Shown one piece after another: positions 9,324-18,320 of a stretch of 43,582 bases of DNA. Origin of the DNA: Thermoplasmatota archaeon (lineage in GTDB: Archaea > Thermoplasmatota > E2 > JACPAO01 > JAHFTW01); NCBI GenBank assembly GCA_049619235.1, contig JBMZMP010000002.1, forward strand, positions 1-43,582, written 5' to 3'. Made by a program: the position numbers and the translations under genes. How positions within the stretch are numbered: the stretch's first letter is position 1; every line of letters starts with the position of its first letter. The notes under the pieces were generated by a model, which searched no databases, was not told the DNA's origin, and worked only from the letters and a program-made list of their open reading frames with translations.

Positions 9324-9773
9324 ATGCCTCTGACGAAACAGAAGAAGCAAGCATTTGCTGCGGGCGCTGGATTCGCAATTGTGGTGATGTTTGCAGGCGT
9401 TGCCATTTGGCTGATGCTCGATGTGGACCAAGACGGTCGCTCCGGCTACCAAGAAATGGGAGACGGAACCAACCCCATCAACGGCGACTCCGATGGCGAC
9501 GGCGCATCAGACGGTTGGGAAATCGAAAAAGGCGGCGACCCGACGCAGGCCTCCCCCAAGGACGAGGTGAAACGAGAAGGGTGCGATTTGGGCATTTTGA
9601 ACTGCCAACAAACCGCGCCACAGGCGTCCGGCGGGCAATCTGCTGCGCCGGCTGGCAGCGCCCCTCCCAGTGGAGGCGACGGCACCACGGCCACCTTCAT
9701 CGCCGGCGGCGCGCTGAGTTTGGTGGCGGGCGTTGGAGCCCGCATCACCAGCAGCATGATCTTGAAGAAATGA
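9324..9773 (+). CDS. Small membrane protein with thrombospondin type-3-like Ca-binding repeats
   Basis: N-terminal TM (FAAGAGFAIVVMFAGVAIWLML), DVDQDG...NGDSDGDGASDGWE repeats, and a C-terminal hydrophobic segment plus KK. ATG at 9324 preferred over TTG at 9303. ATTATA box at 9293..9298. Confidence 0.6.
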   Translation: MPLTKQKKQAFAAGAGFAIVVMFAGVAIWLMLDVDQDGRSGYQEMGDGTNPINGDSDGDGASDGWEIEKGGDPTQASPKDEVKREGCDLGILNCQQTAPQASGGQSAAPAGSAPPSGGDGTTATFIAGGALSLVAGVGARITSSMILKK

Positions 9774-9813
9774 AGGACGCAAGCCGTAAACATGGCGACG
9801 TAGGTAGGCCAGC

Positions 9814-11604
9814 ATGAAATGGCTCCCCTACGCCGTTGCGGCACTCTTTTTGGGTCTCGCTTTGGCCATTGATTTCGATGGCGACGGGTGGACCACGTAC
9901 GAGGAATTCGCAGCAGGAGGCCCGTTCCTGGATGGAGACGCGGACGACGATGGCCTCAGCGACGGCTGGGAAGACAAGCGAGGCATGAATCCGTTTCACC
10001 GGGATTCGGACCGGGACGGCCTCAGTGACGGGGCCGAAGTGGGCCTCGGGGCCAACCCCACCCGGGGCGACACGGACGGGGACGGGTTGCCGGACGGGCA
10101 AGAATCCTTGTCGGATTGCGACGATGACGGAGCCATTGGAATCCTTGATTCCGACAACGACGCGGACCAGTGGCTTGGGGGCGCAGACAGCAACGACTGC
10201 AACGGGGACCAAGACGGCGACGGCGTCTTGGATGGCCTAGAGCGAAACAGCGCCTGCCCTTTGATTGCGGACTGCGATTTTGACGGCCTCTTGGACGGCG
10301 ATGAAACAGGCGACTACAGCCCACTTCGTGCAGACAGTTTTGGCGTGGGCATCCCTGACGGCGTCGTGTTTGCGTTTGAGCAAGCCGGGCAAAGCCCCAG
10401 TGGCGACGACGACCGGGATGCCATTCCCGATGCGTGGGAAACCGGCGGCGGATTGCTGGACTGGGGGCCCTTTTCGCCCACGCCCGGAACCCGTGACTTG
10501 CTGGTGGAATACGTGTACGTTCGCGGACCCGATTCGGGCCAGTTTAACCTCGATTTCTCCCCTGCGTACCGGGCCGTTGCGGACATGTTTGAGGCCGAAG
10601 GCATCGATTTGCAATGGGTGGAAACCACGATTCAATTGCCAAACGAACCGTACCTCGGGTTCCTGGAAGCGGCGGACCAAGCGGCGTTCTTGTCGATCCT
10701 TGAGGACGGCCTGATGAGCGACAATCCCTACGTGACCTCCGTCATCATGGCCCCACAACAGGAACAAGCGGAGCTTGGGCGCATCCTTGGCGCGGCGCAG
10801 CTTCGTTCCATGATTGCCGTCATCGACTACGGAAGCCACACCACGGTGCAGCTCAGCGGCGGCGCGGAAGGCTCCTTTTCCCCCGTCTTGGAAAGTTACA
10901 TTCGAGAAGGCAACCAGATTGGAATGCAGTCCCTCGGCTACAGCAATTCCGGCATCAGCGGCGGCAAGTATTGGTTGTCCGTTTCTGGCGCAAGTGGCTA
11001 CCGCATGGAATGGGCCCCGTTCTGGTTCTCCAACGGTGCGTTCGTGGAGTTCAACACGGGCGGCAACGCCACCCTGTCCGCAAGTGGTGCCACTGTGAAC
11101 CAACCCAATCTTGCAAGCACCATCGCGCACGAACTCGGCCACACGCTTGGGTTGTGTCACGCCCACGAACCGGAGTGCTACCAAGAGTTTTCACCGTTTG
11201 ACCGAAACCGCCGCGATTTGAGCACCATGAGTTACCAATCCGCCTCGGACCAATTGCAATTCCTCCGCTCCGAATGGAACCAAGTGGACGTGTTCTTGGC
11301 CTGTGCCCCGGAAACGCCACTCACCTTGCTCGCGGAAGGCGCCGACGCCTCCGAAGTGATTGAAGACAAGTACCGCTTCGAAGGTGAAGTGCTTCGCCTC
11401 TGCGGAGAATTCACGGAGCGCGACGAGAACCTTGCGCCACAAGCGGGCACGGTCACGGAGCCCTTCGGTGCCCCAGGCAAAGCCCCCCGCGGAGGCGCAA
11501 TCTGGTTTGTCCTCTACCTCGTTGCAGGCGCGGTCGCGATCACTGCGACTGCTTTCGTTGCCCGGGGTAGGTCCACTTCAGATTCAGAAGATAGTTCACC
11601 ATGA
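9814..11604 (+). CDS. Secreted, C-terminally anchored zinc metalloprotease (metzincin-type HExxHxxGxxH motif) with about 8 N-terminal thrombospondin type-3-like repeats
   Basis: Signal peptide MKWLPYAVAALFLGLALA. Repeats of the DxDxDGxxDxxE type through about nt 10450. HELGHTLGLCH at nt 11128..11160. C-terminal TM IWFVLYLVAGAVAITATAFVA followed by RGR. Confidence 0.8.
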   Translation: MKWLPYAVAALFLGLALAIDFDGDGWTTYEEFAAGGPFLDGDADDDGLSDGWEDKRGMNPFHRDSDRDGLSDGAEVGLGANPTRGDTDGDGLPDGQESLSDCDDDGAIGILDSDNDADQWLGGADSNDCNGDQDGDGVLDGLERNSACPLIADCDFDGLLDGDETGDYSPLRADSFGVGIPDGVVFAFEQAGQSPSGDDDRDAIPDAWETGGGLLDWGPFSPTPGTRDLLVEYVYVRGPDSGQFNLDFSPAYRAVADMFEAEGIDLQWVETTIQLPNEPYLGFLEAADQAAFLSILEDGLMSDNPYVTSVIMAPQQEQAELGRILGAAQLRSMIAVIDYGSHTTVQLSGGAEGSFSPVLESYIREGNQIGMQSLGYSNSGISGGKYWLSVSGASGYRMEWAPFWFSNGAFVEFNTGGNATLSASGATVNQPNLASTIAHELGHTLGLCHAHEPECYQEFSPFDRNRRDLSTMSYQSASDQLQFLRSEWNQVDVFLACAPETPLTLLAEGADASEVIEDKYRFEGEVLRLCGEFTERDENLAPQAGTVTEPFGAPGKAPRGGAIWFVLYLVAGAVAITATAFVARGRSTSDSEDSSP

Positions 11605-12637
11605 ACGCGGCGCCGATTCCAATCGCTTGCGCGACGAGGTAGTGGATGCCGATGCCTTCGCGGCCGATGAAGGCGATGCCGAATTGCACGCCCATGCCGA
11701 CCAATGCGACCACGTTGAACTTGGCCATGCGGCTTAGGAAATGGTCATGGCGACGGTCCTTGAACGTGATGAAATCGTTGAGGACGAAGTTGCTGATGAT
11801 GCTCAACTCAATGGCAATGAGGCTTGCAATGTCATCAGCGTACATGCCGGCGCCTAGGACGCCGGTCTCCACGAGGGCCCAAAGGGCTGCGAGGTTGACA
11901 AAGATTCCACTGATGCCCACCAAGGCAAACTTGCCCACGCGCCGGTTCTCTGGGTGTGCGGCGCTGAGTCGCGCCAAGTGCAACAAGTAATCGCCCATCA
12001 CGCGGGCGCCCAGCTTGGATTCCCCGGCGTCCCGGATGCCGAATTCATAGCCCACTTCCACGATTTTGTCCACGGGGCAGCGGCCAATGATTTCGAGGAG
12101 AATCTTGTAGCCCTTCGGTTCAAGCGCGTCAAGGTCCACGGCGGAAGCACGGATCAAGAACAGGCCACTCATGGGGTCAGTGACGCGGTGGCGGCGCAGG
12201 TCGGGGATGCCAATGTTGGCAAGCATGCGGGCGCCGCGGCTCATCACTTTGCGAACAAAGGTGAAGCTGCCGTCGTTGCCACCGTCCACGTATCGACTCC
12301 CAACGACCACGTCGGCGTCCTCGGCGATGGCCTTGTCCACCATTTTCCCCACCATGTTTGGCGGGTGTTGGAAGTCGGCGTCCATGACCATGACGTAGCC
12401 GCTTTGGGTTTCACGCAAGCCACGAATGACGGCGGTTGCCAATCCCTTTTCGTTCTTGCGAACAATGACACGAGCCCCTGCTTCTTCGGCGATGCGGCCG
12501 GTGCCGTCCTTGGAATCATCGTCCACGACGAGGATGTCCACGTTGTGGTCCGGGTTGGCCTCCAAAATCGCGGGCACGATGCGACCAATGTTTCCCGCTT
12601 CGTTGTATGTGGGAATGACCACGGTGACGTCAGGCAC
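11540..12637 (-). CDS. Family 2 glycosyltransferase (dolichyl/polyprenyl-phosphate sugar synthase-like) fused to a GtrA-like membrane domain
   Basis: VVIPTYNE, DDDSKDGT and DADFQHPP motifs. C-terminal four-TM GtrA-like region. GTG start. Confidence 0.9.
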   Translation of the reverse strand: MPDVTVVIPTYNEAGNIGRIVPAILEANPDHNVDILVVDDDSKDGTGRIAEEAGARVIVRKNEKGLATAVIRGLRETQSGYVMVMDADFQHPPNMVGKMVDKAIAEDADVVVGSRYVDGGNDGSFTFVRKVMSRGARMLANIGIPDLRRHRVTDPMSGLFLIRASAVDLDALEPKGYKILLEIIGRCPVDKIVEVGYEFGIRDAGESKLGARVMGDYLLHLARLSAAHPENRRVGKFALVGISGIFVNLAALWALVETGVLGAGMYADDIASLIAIELSIISNFVLNDFITFKDRRHDHFLSRMAKFNVVALVGMGVQFGIAFIGREGIGIHYLVAQAIGIGAAFMVNYLLNLKWTYPGQRKQSQ

Positions 12638-12687
12638 GATTGCCCATTTGCGGGGGTTGATTAAGTGTTGGCAACCAAATTTTGGAC

Positions 12688-14484
12688 CTAAATGGAAGTC
12701 ACTTCGATGTCCAAACCAGCCTTCTTTGCCGCTTGCAGCGCTTTGCCTTCTGGGCTTGTGAGTTTGAATCGAAGTTTGCCGTCTTTGCTGACCTTGCCGG
12801 TGCCAATGATGGCGCCCTCGGCACTGATCTCCACGGTGTCTTGGGCGTAGCGAGCGTCGAGCATGACAAACATGTTGGCCCCCGTTTTCTTCACGGTGAC
12901 GCCTTCGGTTCGCAGCGGCGCGCCACGGCCTCGTTTGTCAACGAAACTTTTGACGTCGATGTGGGTGTTGAGTCGTTTTTCGAGGAGTTGCACGGTTTTT
13001 CCGCCGCGGCCAATGATGCTTGGGATGTCCCATTCTTCGGCCCACACCACGGTTTTTCGTCCCTTGACTTCCACTTCGATGTCGCCTTGGGCGAACCTGC
13101 GGACCGCTTTTTCCACTTCGTTGGGGTCGGTGCGCGGGGCCTGTTTGACGCCTTCGAGTGGCATGACGACCACTTGCTCGCCGAACGTGTAGAGTTCGAA
13201 GAGGGGTTGGCCTTCCAGGAAGTCCTTCACGAGGACCACTGGGCGGGCAAGGTCTTCTTCCATGCCCTCCGGGGCCTTGACCGTGAATTCGAGATCGAGG
13301 ACCGCGGCGACGCGGCCGTCGTCAATGAACAACACCGTGTCCACCACTTGGGGAATCATGCCAAGTTCCACGCGGCCAATGAGCCGTTGGATGGCGTCGA
13401 TGGGGCGGCTGCCGTGGGTGACGCCGAACAGCCCAATTCCCGCAAGGCGCATGTCCGCGAAGGTGGTGAAGTCGTTGGTGGTGCGCACTTCGTCGTAGGC
13501 GACGTGGTCGGGGCGAACCAGAAGCATCACTTCCCCGGTCCATTTCATGTCCCGGTCGAGCGCGCCGTACTGCGTGACTTCCTTGGGGACCACCAAGTCA
13601 CGGGGTTGCTCCATGGTTTTGACGACCCGGTTCAGGCCGTGCAAATGCTGCACGACGGCGGCGACGAAGGTGGACTTGCCGCTGCCCGGCGGCCCCGCAA
13701 CGAAGACCCCGCGCCCGTTGTCCTCGATGCGTTCCATGATTTCATCCGGCAAGTCGTAGTCGTCAATGGTGGTCTTTGCAACGGGGCGAACGGCGGTCAC
13801 TTCGAGGCCGTCGCTGAACGGAGGCTGGGCAATGGTGACCCGCATGGGCCCCACTTGGAGGACGGTGCAACCGTTGCGTTCCAATTCGATGAAGGATTCG
13901 TAGTCGCGGTGGGCAAACTCGATGCACTCCTTGATGAGCGCACGAATTTCCGCATGCGGCGTTGCTTTCCCGATGGCGGCGTATTCGATGTCCCCGGGGC
14001 GGCCCTTTTTGCCCATGGGCGCGCAGTCCGCTTTCAAGTGGACGCTCATGGTGTCTTCGTCGAAGAATTTCCAGAGGGAAAGCGCCTCGATTTGCGTGGT
14101 TTCCTCCACGAGGGGGCGCAGGTACACGTGGTCGATGCCTTGCGCGTGGGCGGCGTGTGCTTGCACGCGGTCGCTGGTGACGAACCGGGCGCCGTGCTCA
14201 ACGGCCATGTCGCGAATCATGGCATCGATGGCACCATCCGCGGCGGCTTGGATTTCTGCGACGCTGGGCCGGGGGCCGACGAACTCAATGGTGCATTTGC
14301 CCTCACTGGCCATTTGCTGCAGCTTGGAGAGCTCGTCGAGGCCGGCAAAGCCCTTCTCCTGACCTTTGTTGGCTTGTGCTTCCAACTCGGCGAGGGCGGC
14401 TCGCGGGACGAGCACTTTGCCCCCGTCCAGCAGTTCGTGTATGCGGCCATCCACCAGCACGGAGGTATCGGGAACGAGGTCCAC
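12688..14484 (-). CDS. PIN domain / PilT-like ATPase / KH domain protein (archaeal COG1855 type)
   Basis: PIN N-domain (LVPDTSVLVDGRI), Walker A GPPGSGKST, and C-terminal KH IIGRGGKTV. The longest ORF starts with TTG at 14547. I prefer GTG at 14484 (MDLVPDTS) because a TATA-like CTTATCAA lies about 25 nt upstream of it. Confidence 0.85.
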   Translation of the reverse strand: MDLVPDTSVLVDGRIHELLDGGKVLVPRAALAELEAQANKGQEKGFAGLDELSKLQQMASEGKCTIEFVGPRPSVAEIQAAADGAIDAMIRDMAVEHGARFVTSDRVQAHAAHAQGIDHVYLRPLVEETTQIEALSLWKFFDEDTMSVHLKADCAPMGKKGRPGDIEYAAIGKATPHAEIRALIKECIEFAHRDYESFIELERNGCTVLQVGPMRVTIAQPPFSDGLEVTAVRPVAKTTIDDYDLPDEIMERIEDNGRGVFVAGPPGSGKSTFVAAVVQHLHGLNRVVKTMEQPRDLVVPKEVTQYGALDRDMKWTGEVMLLVRPDHVAYDEVRTTNDFTTFADMRLAGIGLFGVTHGSRPIDAIQRLIGRVELGMIPQVVDTVLFIDDGRVAAVLDLEFTVKAPEGMEEDLARPVVLVKDFLEGQPLFELYTFGEQVVVMPLEGVKQAPRTDPNEVEKAVRRFAQGDIEVEVKGRKTVVWAEEWDIPSIIGRGGKTVQLLEKRLNTHIDVKSFVDKRGRGAPLRTEGVTVKKTGANMFVMLDARYAQDTVEISAEGAIIGTGKVSKDGKLRFKLTSPEGKALQAAKKAGLDIEVTSI

Positions 14485-14573
14485 GGTTTGATGAACAACT
14501 GCCCATTGATAAGAGGAGAGTTTCGAGGTTCGCACGCATCGATTCAAATAGGAACCAAAACCGGTTGGTACCC

Positions 14574-16259
14574 ATGATTCGCTTTGTGCCCATTCTGCTC
14601 TGCTTGTTTTTGATTACCCCTGCCATGGCTTGGCCCATGACCGACCCCGCCGGCGACACCATGTCTCCTGCGGGCGCCGTGCCAGCCAATGGATCTGGTT
14701 CGGACTTGTTGGGGATGCGCATTGAGGAAACGGAGGATTCCTTGACCTTCTTCGTTGAAACGGAGGCGTGGCGAATGGCGGCCGTGGCTCTCGTGGATGG
14801 CGTGGAAATCACGATTCCGTTCCAATTCGGAGAAAGCAGCTACGCCATTGAATTCTTGATTTACAGCAGCCTCGACTCCCCCTTGGACCGTGGCTACCGG
14901 GCCCGGTTGCTTGCGGATTTTGACGAAGGGTTCGGAAGGCACTTCCAATCGTTGCCGTCGGATTGGGATGGCAAGGAATTGTCCACCACCATCGAGAAAC
15001 GAGCGATTCGAGATCACAATGGCGCGCCTCTCACGGCGGGCCGCAGCCTCACAGGCATCTATGCGTACTCCATGCAGGGGCACATCGGCACCATCATGGA
15101 TTCCCAGTACTACGGAACCGGCGACCGCATGCCCGACATGGACGGACTCGACTTTCCCTTGACCGTTGGGGCGGTGCAATCGGATGCCCTGCAACTGGTT
15201 TCGTTCCAACCGCTTCGGTGGAGCAACGGAGGCGCCACCGCGTTTGCCTACGATGTCCGCGTGATTTCCCTTGAGAACCAAACCATCTCCTTCGAAGCCC
15301 AACAAGTGCCCCCTGGATGGACCGTGCACGTGCCCCGCCCCGTCGCCACCGTGGACGACACCGTGACCGTCTTCGTGGAAGTGCCCGACCGCCACTTGCA
15401 CGACGGTGAAGAACTGTTCAACCTCGTCGCAACCGCCGGGGACCTCACGGCCACGCTCCCGCTTGGCGTCTACTACCCGGCCATCCCAATGCCTGCCGGC
15501 CACCACGCCACCCTGTACTTGCATGGCCGCCCCTACGTTCCGGATGATGCGGTGCAGACCTTGTTTGCCACTTCGTTCGGGCTCACGGGCCAAGACTTTG
15601 GAACCACGTACATGAACACAGATGCAAGCTTCGCCGAGGACGGCCCCGTGCCCGCGGATTACCAACTCGGCGGCCCAGACTTTGGACGTTGGGTCTGGCC
15701 GATTCTCCTGGAACCGTTCCTTCGAACGGGACTCAACTTCACCGATGGCGAAGCCCCCGTCACCATCACCACGAGCTCGCCGCAAGTGGCCCAAACGGGC
15801 ATCTTGTCCGGGGAGTTGTTGTTCCTTGCCCCGGAAGAAGGGTACGCAATTTACCAGGACCGCGCCATCGAGGGGCACGTTTTGGCCACGTTCTCAGAAC
15901 CACACTCCCTGGGCGAATCCCTGCAAACGGAGTGGACAAACTGGAACCTCACCGACACCTCGTACCGCCCCGGCGTGCAACTGGCCATGAACCTGTTCTT
16001 CAAACCGGAGCCCCCCGCGGACCAAGACTTCCTCACCACGCCCGTGCAGGGCCCTTGGACGCCCAAGTTGCAAGGCGGCGAATTCACGCTCCCGCTAGGC
16101 GAGTACCACGACGCAGTGACCATTCCCCTCACGGAGGAGCAGGAAGAAGAACTGGCGACGCTTTCCCAACCAGAACCGGAAGTCCAGGAAACCCCGGCAC
16201 TCAGTTTGTTGCTGTGCCTTGCCATCGTCGCATTTGCAGCGAGTTTCCGACGACGCTGA
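14574..16259 (+). CDS. Large secreted surface protein of unknown function with a C-terminal membrane anchor
   Basis: Signal peptide MIRFVPILLCLFLITPAMA. No recognisable catalytic motif. C-terminus LSLLLCLAIVAFAASFRRR. The 66 codons upstream in the track ORF overlap the divergent gene. Confidence 0.7.
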   Translation: MIRFVPILLCLFLITPAMAWPMTDPAGDTMSPAGAVPANGSGSDLLGMRIEETEDSLTFFVETEAWRMAAVALVDGVEITIPFQFGESSYAIEFLIYSSLDSPLDRGYRARLLADFDEGFGRHFQSLPSDWDGKELSTTIEKRAIRDHNGAPLTAGRSLTGIYAYSMQGHIGTIMDSQYYGTGDRMPDMDGLDFPLTVGAVQSDALQLVSFQPLRWSNGGATAFAYDVRVISLENQTISFEAQQVPPGWTVHVPRPVATVDDTVTVFVEVPDRHLHDGEELFNLVATAGDLTATLPLGVYYPAIPMPAGHHATLYLHGRPYVPDDAVQTLFATSFGLTGQDFGTTYMNTDASFAEDGPVPADYQLGGPDFGRWVWPILLEPFLRTGLNFTDGEAPVTITTSSPQVAQTGILSGELLFLAPEEGYAIYQDRAIEGHVLATFSEPHSLGESLQTEWTNWNLTDTSYRPGVQLAMNLFFKPEPPADQDFLTTPVQGPWTPKLQGGEFTLPLGEYHDAVTIPLTEEQEEELATLSQPEPEVQETPALSLLLCLAIVAFAASFRRR

Positions 16260-18267
16260 CACTGCTAAGCGCCATGGCAAGCGCCGCCAACATGGGCGAG
16301 AGCAACCAGCCGGTCCAGGGATAGAACACGCCCATCGCAAGCGGAATCAACGCGGCGTTGTAGCCGAGCGCCCAGAACAGGTTCTGACGGATTTTCCGCA
16401 CGGTGTACGCAGAAAGCTCGAGGGCATCCACTGCTGCAAGGAGGTCGCCTCGGACCAGCACAATGTCACCGGTTTCCTTTGCCACGTCTGTGCCGGTGCC
16501 CATGGCAATCCCTACGTCCGCTTGCGCAAGGGCAGGTGCGTCGTTGATGCCGTCGCCCACCATGGCCACCACGTGGCCCTGGCGTTGCAATGCCTTCACG
16601 TGTGCCGCTTTCTCCTCCGGGCGGACCTCGGCAATCACGGAATCAATGCCCACTTCGGCGGCGACCGCCTGGGCCGTGGCTTCCCGGTCGCCGGTCAGAA
16701 GGACCACGCGTTTGCCCGCCTTGTGCAACGCGGCAACGGCGGATGCGCTCGTGGATTTGATGGCGTCCTCAACGCGAATCCAACCGGTTTGTTCACCGAC
16801 ACTGGCAGCGATTCCGTCCGTGTCCACGCCGAGCCAACTGGCCCGACCCACACGCACCTGTACGCCCCCAACAACGCCTTCCACGCCTAGGCCTGGATGG
16901 GACACGAATGATTCCACTTCGGGCAGGTTGTCGTGTCCCGCGGTCAATGCGTGCGCGATGGGGTGTTCGCTCAAAGCCTCCACAGCGGCAACCATTCGAA
17001 GCGCCTCGGCGTCAAGGTTCGTCTCCACGATACGCGGTTTGCCTTCCGTGATGGTGCCGGTTTTGTCCAACACGAACACGTCCACGTCCCGCGCCCGCTC
17101 CAAACTCTCGCCGCCTTTGATGAGAATGCCTCGCTTGGCTCCGAGCCCCGTCCCCACCATGATGGCGGTGGGCGTGGCCAAGCCCATTGCGCAAGGACAA
17201 GCGATGACCAAGACGCCCACGGTGATGAGGGCGGCTTGCGTGAATGAGAACCCAAGAAGTGCCCAAACCACGCCACTTGCGAGCGCTAGCACCATCACGG
17301 CGGGGACGAAGAACCGGCTCACTTGATCGGCCACTCGTTGCAGCGGTGCCTTGCGGCTGTTGGCTTCCTTGACGAGGCGAATGATGCCCGCAAGAACCGT
17401 ATCGTTGCCGACGCGCGTGGCCTCCATCACGAGACTACCACCTTGCAAAATGGTGGCCCCAATGAGGGCATCGCCGGGCCGCTTACGAACCGCTTCCGGC
17501 TCCCCCGTGACCATGGATTCGTCCGCGTGCGCCTCTCCCGCGACGACGACGCCATCCACGGGCAATTTCTCCCCGGGTTTCACCCGCAACCGCATGCCCG
17601 CGGTCACTTCGGAAATGGCAATTTTGCTGCCATCTTCGAGGGTTGCCTCGGTTGCACCAAGGGCAAGCAAGGCCCGGACGGCGGCGCTGCTGGCATTCTT
17701 GGCGCGAGCTTCGAGGTACTTGCCAAGGGCGATGAGGGTGATGATGACGGCACTGGTTTCGAAGTAGGTGGCGTGCAAGCCATGGCCCGCAAAGAGCGCC
17801 CAGATGCTCAAGCCATACGCGGCGCTGCTGCCAACGGCGATGAGCGTGTCCATGGTGGCGTCCTTGTTGCGGAGCGCCTTCCATGCACCTTGGTAGAACG
17901 GCCAACCGGCGATGAATTGCACCGGGGTCGCCAGCGCAAGCGCAGCCCATGCGTCGCCGGGGAATTGCGGCCCGCCAAGGGGCATCCACGCCATCATGTA
18001 GAGAAACAAGGGGGCGGTGAAGAAGAGCGCGAAGAGGAATTGGTTGCGGCGGAACCGGGCTTCGTCCTCGGTGCCAGTTGCGACCCCGTAGCCCGCCTTT
18101 TGGATGGCTTTGTGGAGCGCCCGCAAGGAAGCGTCGTGGTGCACGGTGGCGGTTTCCGTCGCCAGGTTGACATCCACTGAGCGAACGCCGGGCACGGCTT
18201 CGAGGGCCTTGCGCACGTGTTTGACGCAGTTGCTGCAGGTCATCCCAGTGACTGGAATTTCATCCAT
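16201..18267 (-). CDS. copA: Copper-translocating P1B-type ATPase
   Basis: N-terminal HMA domain GMTCSNC, and CPC, DKTGTIT and GDGINDAP motifs. Confidence 0.95.
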   Translation of the reverse strand: MDEIPVTGMTCSNCVKHVRKALEAVPGVRSVDVNLATETATVHHDASLRALHKAIQKAGYGVATGTEDEARFRRNQFLFALFFTAPLFLYMMAWMPLGGPQFPGDAWAALALATPVQFIAGWPFYQGAWKALRNKDATMDTLIAVGSSAAYGLSIWALFAGHGLHATYFETSAVIITLIALGKYLEARAKNASSAAVRALLALGATEATLEDGSKIAISEVTAGMRLRVKPGEKLPVDGVVVAGEAHADESMVTGEPEAVRKRPGDALIGATILQGGSLVMEATRVGNDTVLAGIIRLVKEANSRKAPLQRVADQVSRFFVPAVMVLALASGVVWALLGFSFTQAALITVGVLVIACPCAMGLATPTAIMVGTGLGAKRGILIKGGESLERARDVDVFVLDKTGTITEGKPRIVETNLDAEALRMVAAVEALSEHPIAHALTAGHDNLPEVESFVSHPGLGVEGVVGGVQVRVGRASWLGVDTDGIAASVGEQTGWIRVEDAIKSTSASAVAALHKAGKRVVLLTGDREATAQAVAAEVGIDSVIAEVRPEEKAAHVKALQRQGHVVAMVGDGINDAPALAQADVGIAMGTGTDVAKETGDIVLVRGDLLAAVDALELSAYTVRKIRQNLFWALGYNAALIPLAMGVFYPWTGWLLSPMLAALAMALSSVSVVGNSLQMRRWQGTATN

Positions 18268-18286
18268 GCATCCGCTATGTTGTGGC

Positions 18287-18296
18287 CCTTATACCC
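18287..18296 (-). promoter_or_regulatory. TATA-like box (GGTATAAGGG on the minus strand) upstream of copA
   Basis: Centred about 24 nt upstream of the copA ATG (18267), inside the 53-nt Rieske-copA spacer. Confidence 0.35.
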
Positions 18297-18320
18297 AAGT
18301 TTGGCTTTGCAAATGGAAAG

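Noticed and set aside
12682-14577. 631-aa ORF antisense to the PIN-ATPase-KH gene
   Set aside because: Same reasoning. The opposite strand has Walker A, PIN and KH motifs. The antisense translation is repetitive G/A/V/D/H-rich.
14544-15878. 444-aa ORF antisense to the surface protein gene. Similar long antisense ORFs occur at 10237..11184, 19012..20091, 23268..24377, 24798..25673, 25999..26928, 27201..28265, 28586..29563, 4955..5866 and 39985..40701.
   Set aside because: All lie opposite ORFs with signal peptides or recognisable domains. All have Arg/Gly/Ala/His-rich low-complexity translations characteristic of GC-rich non-coding frames.
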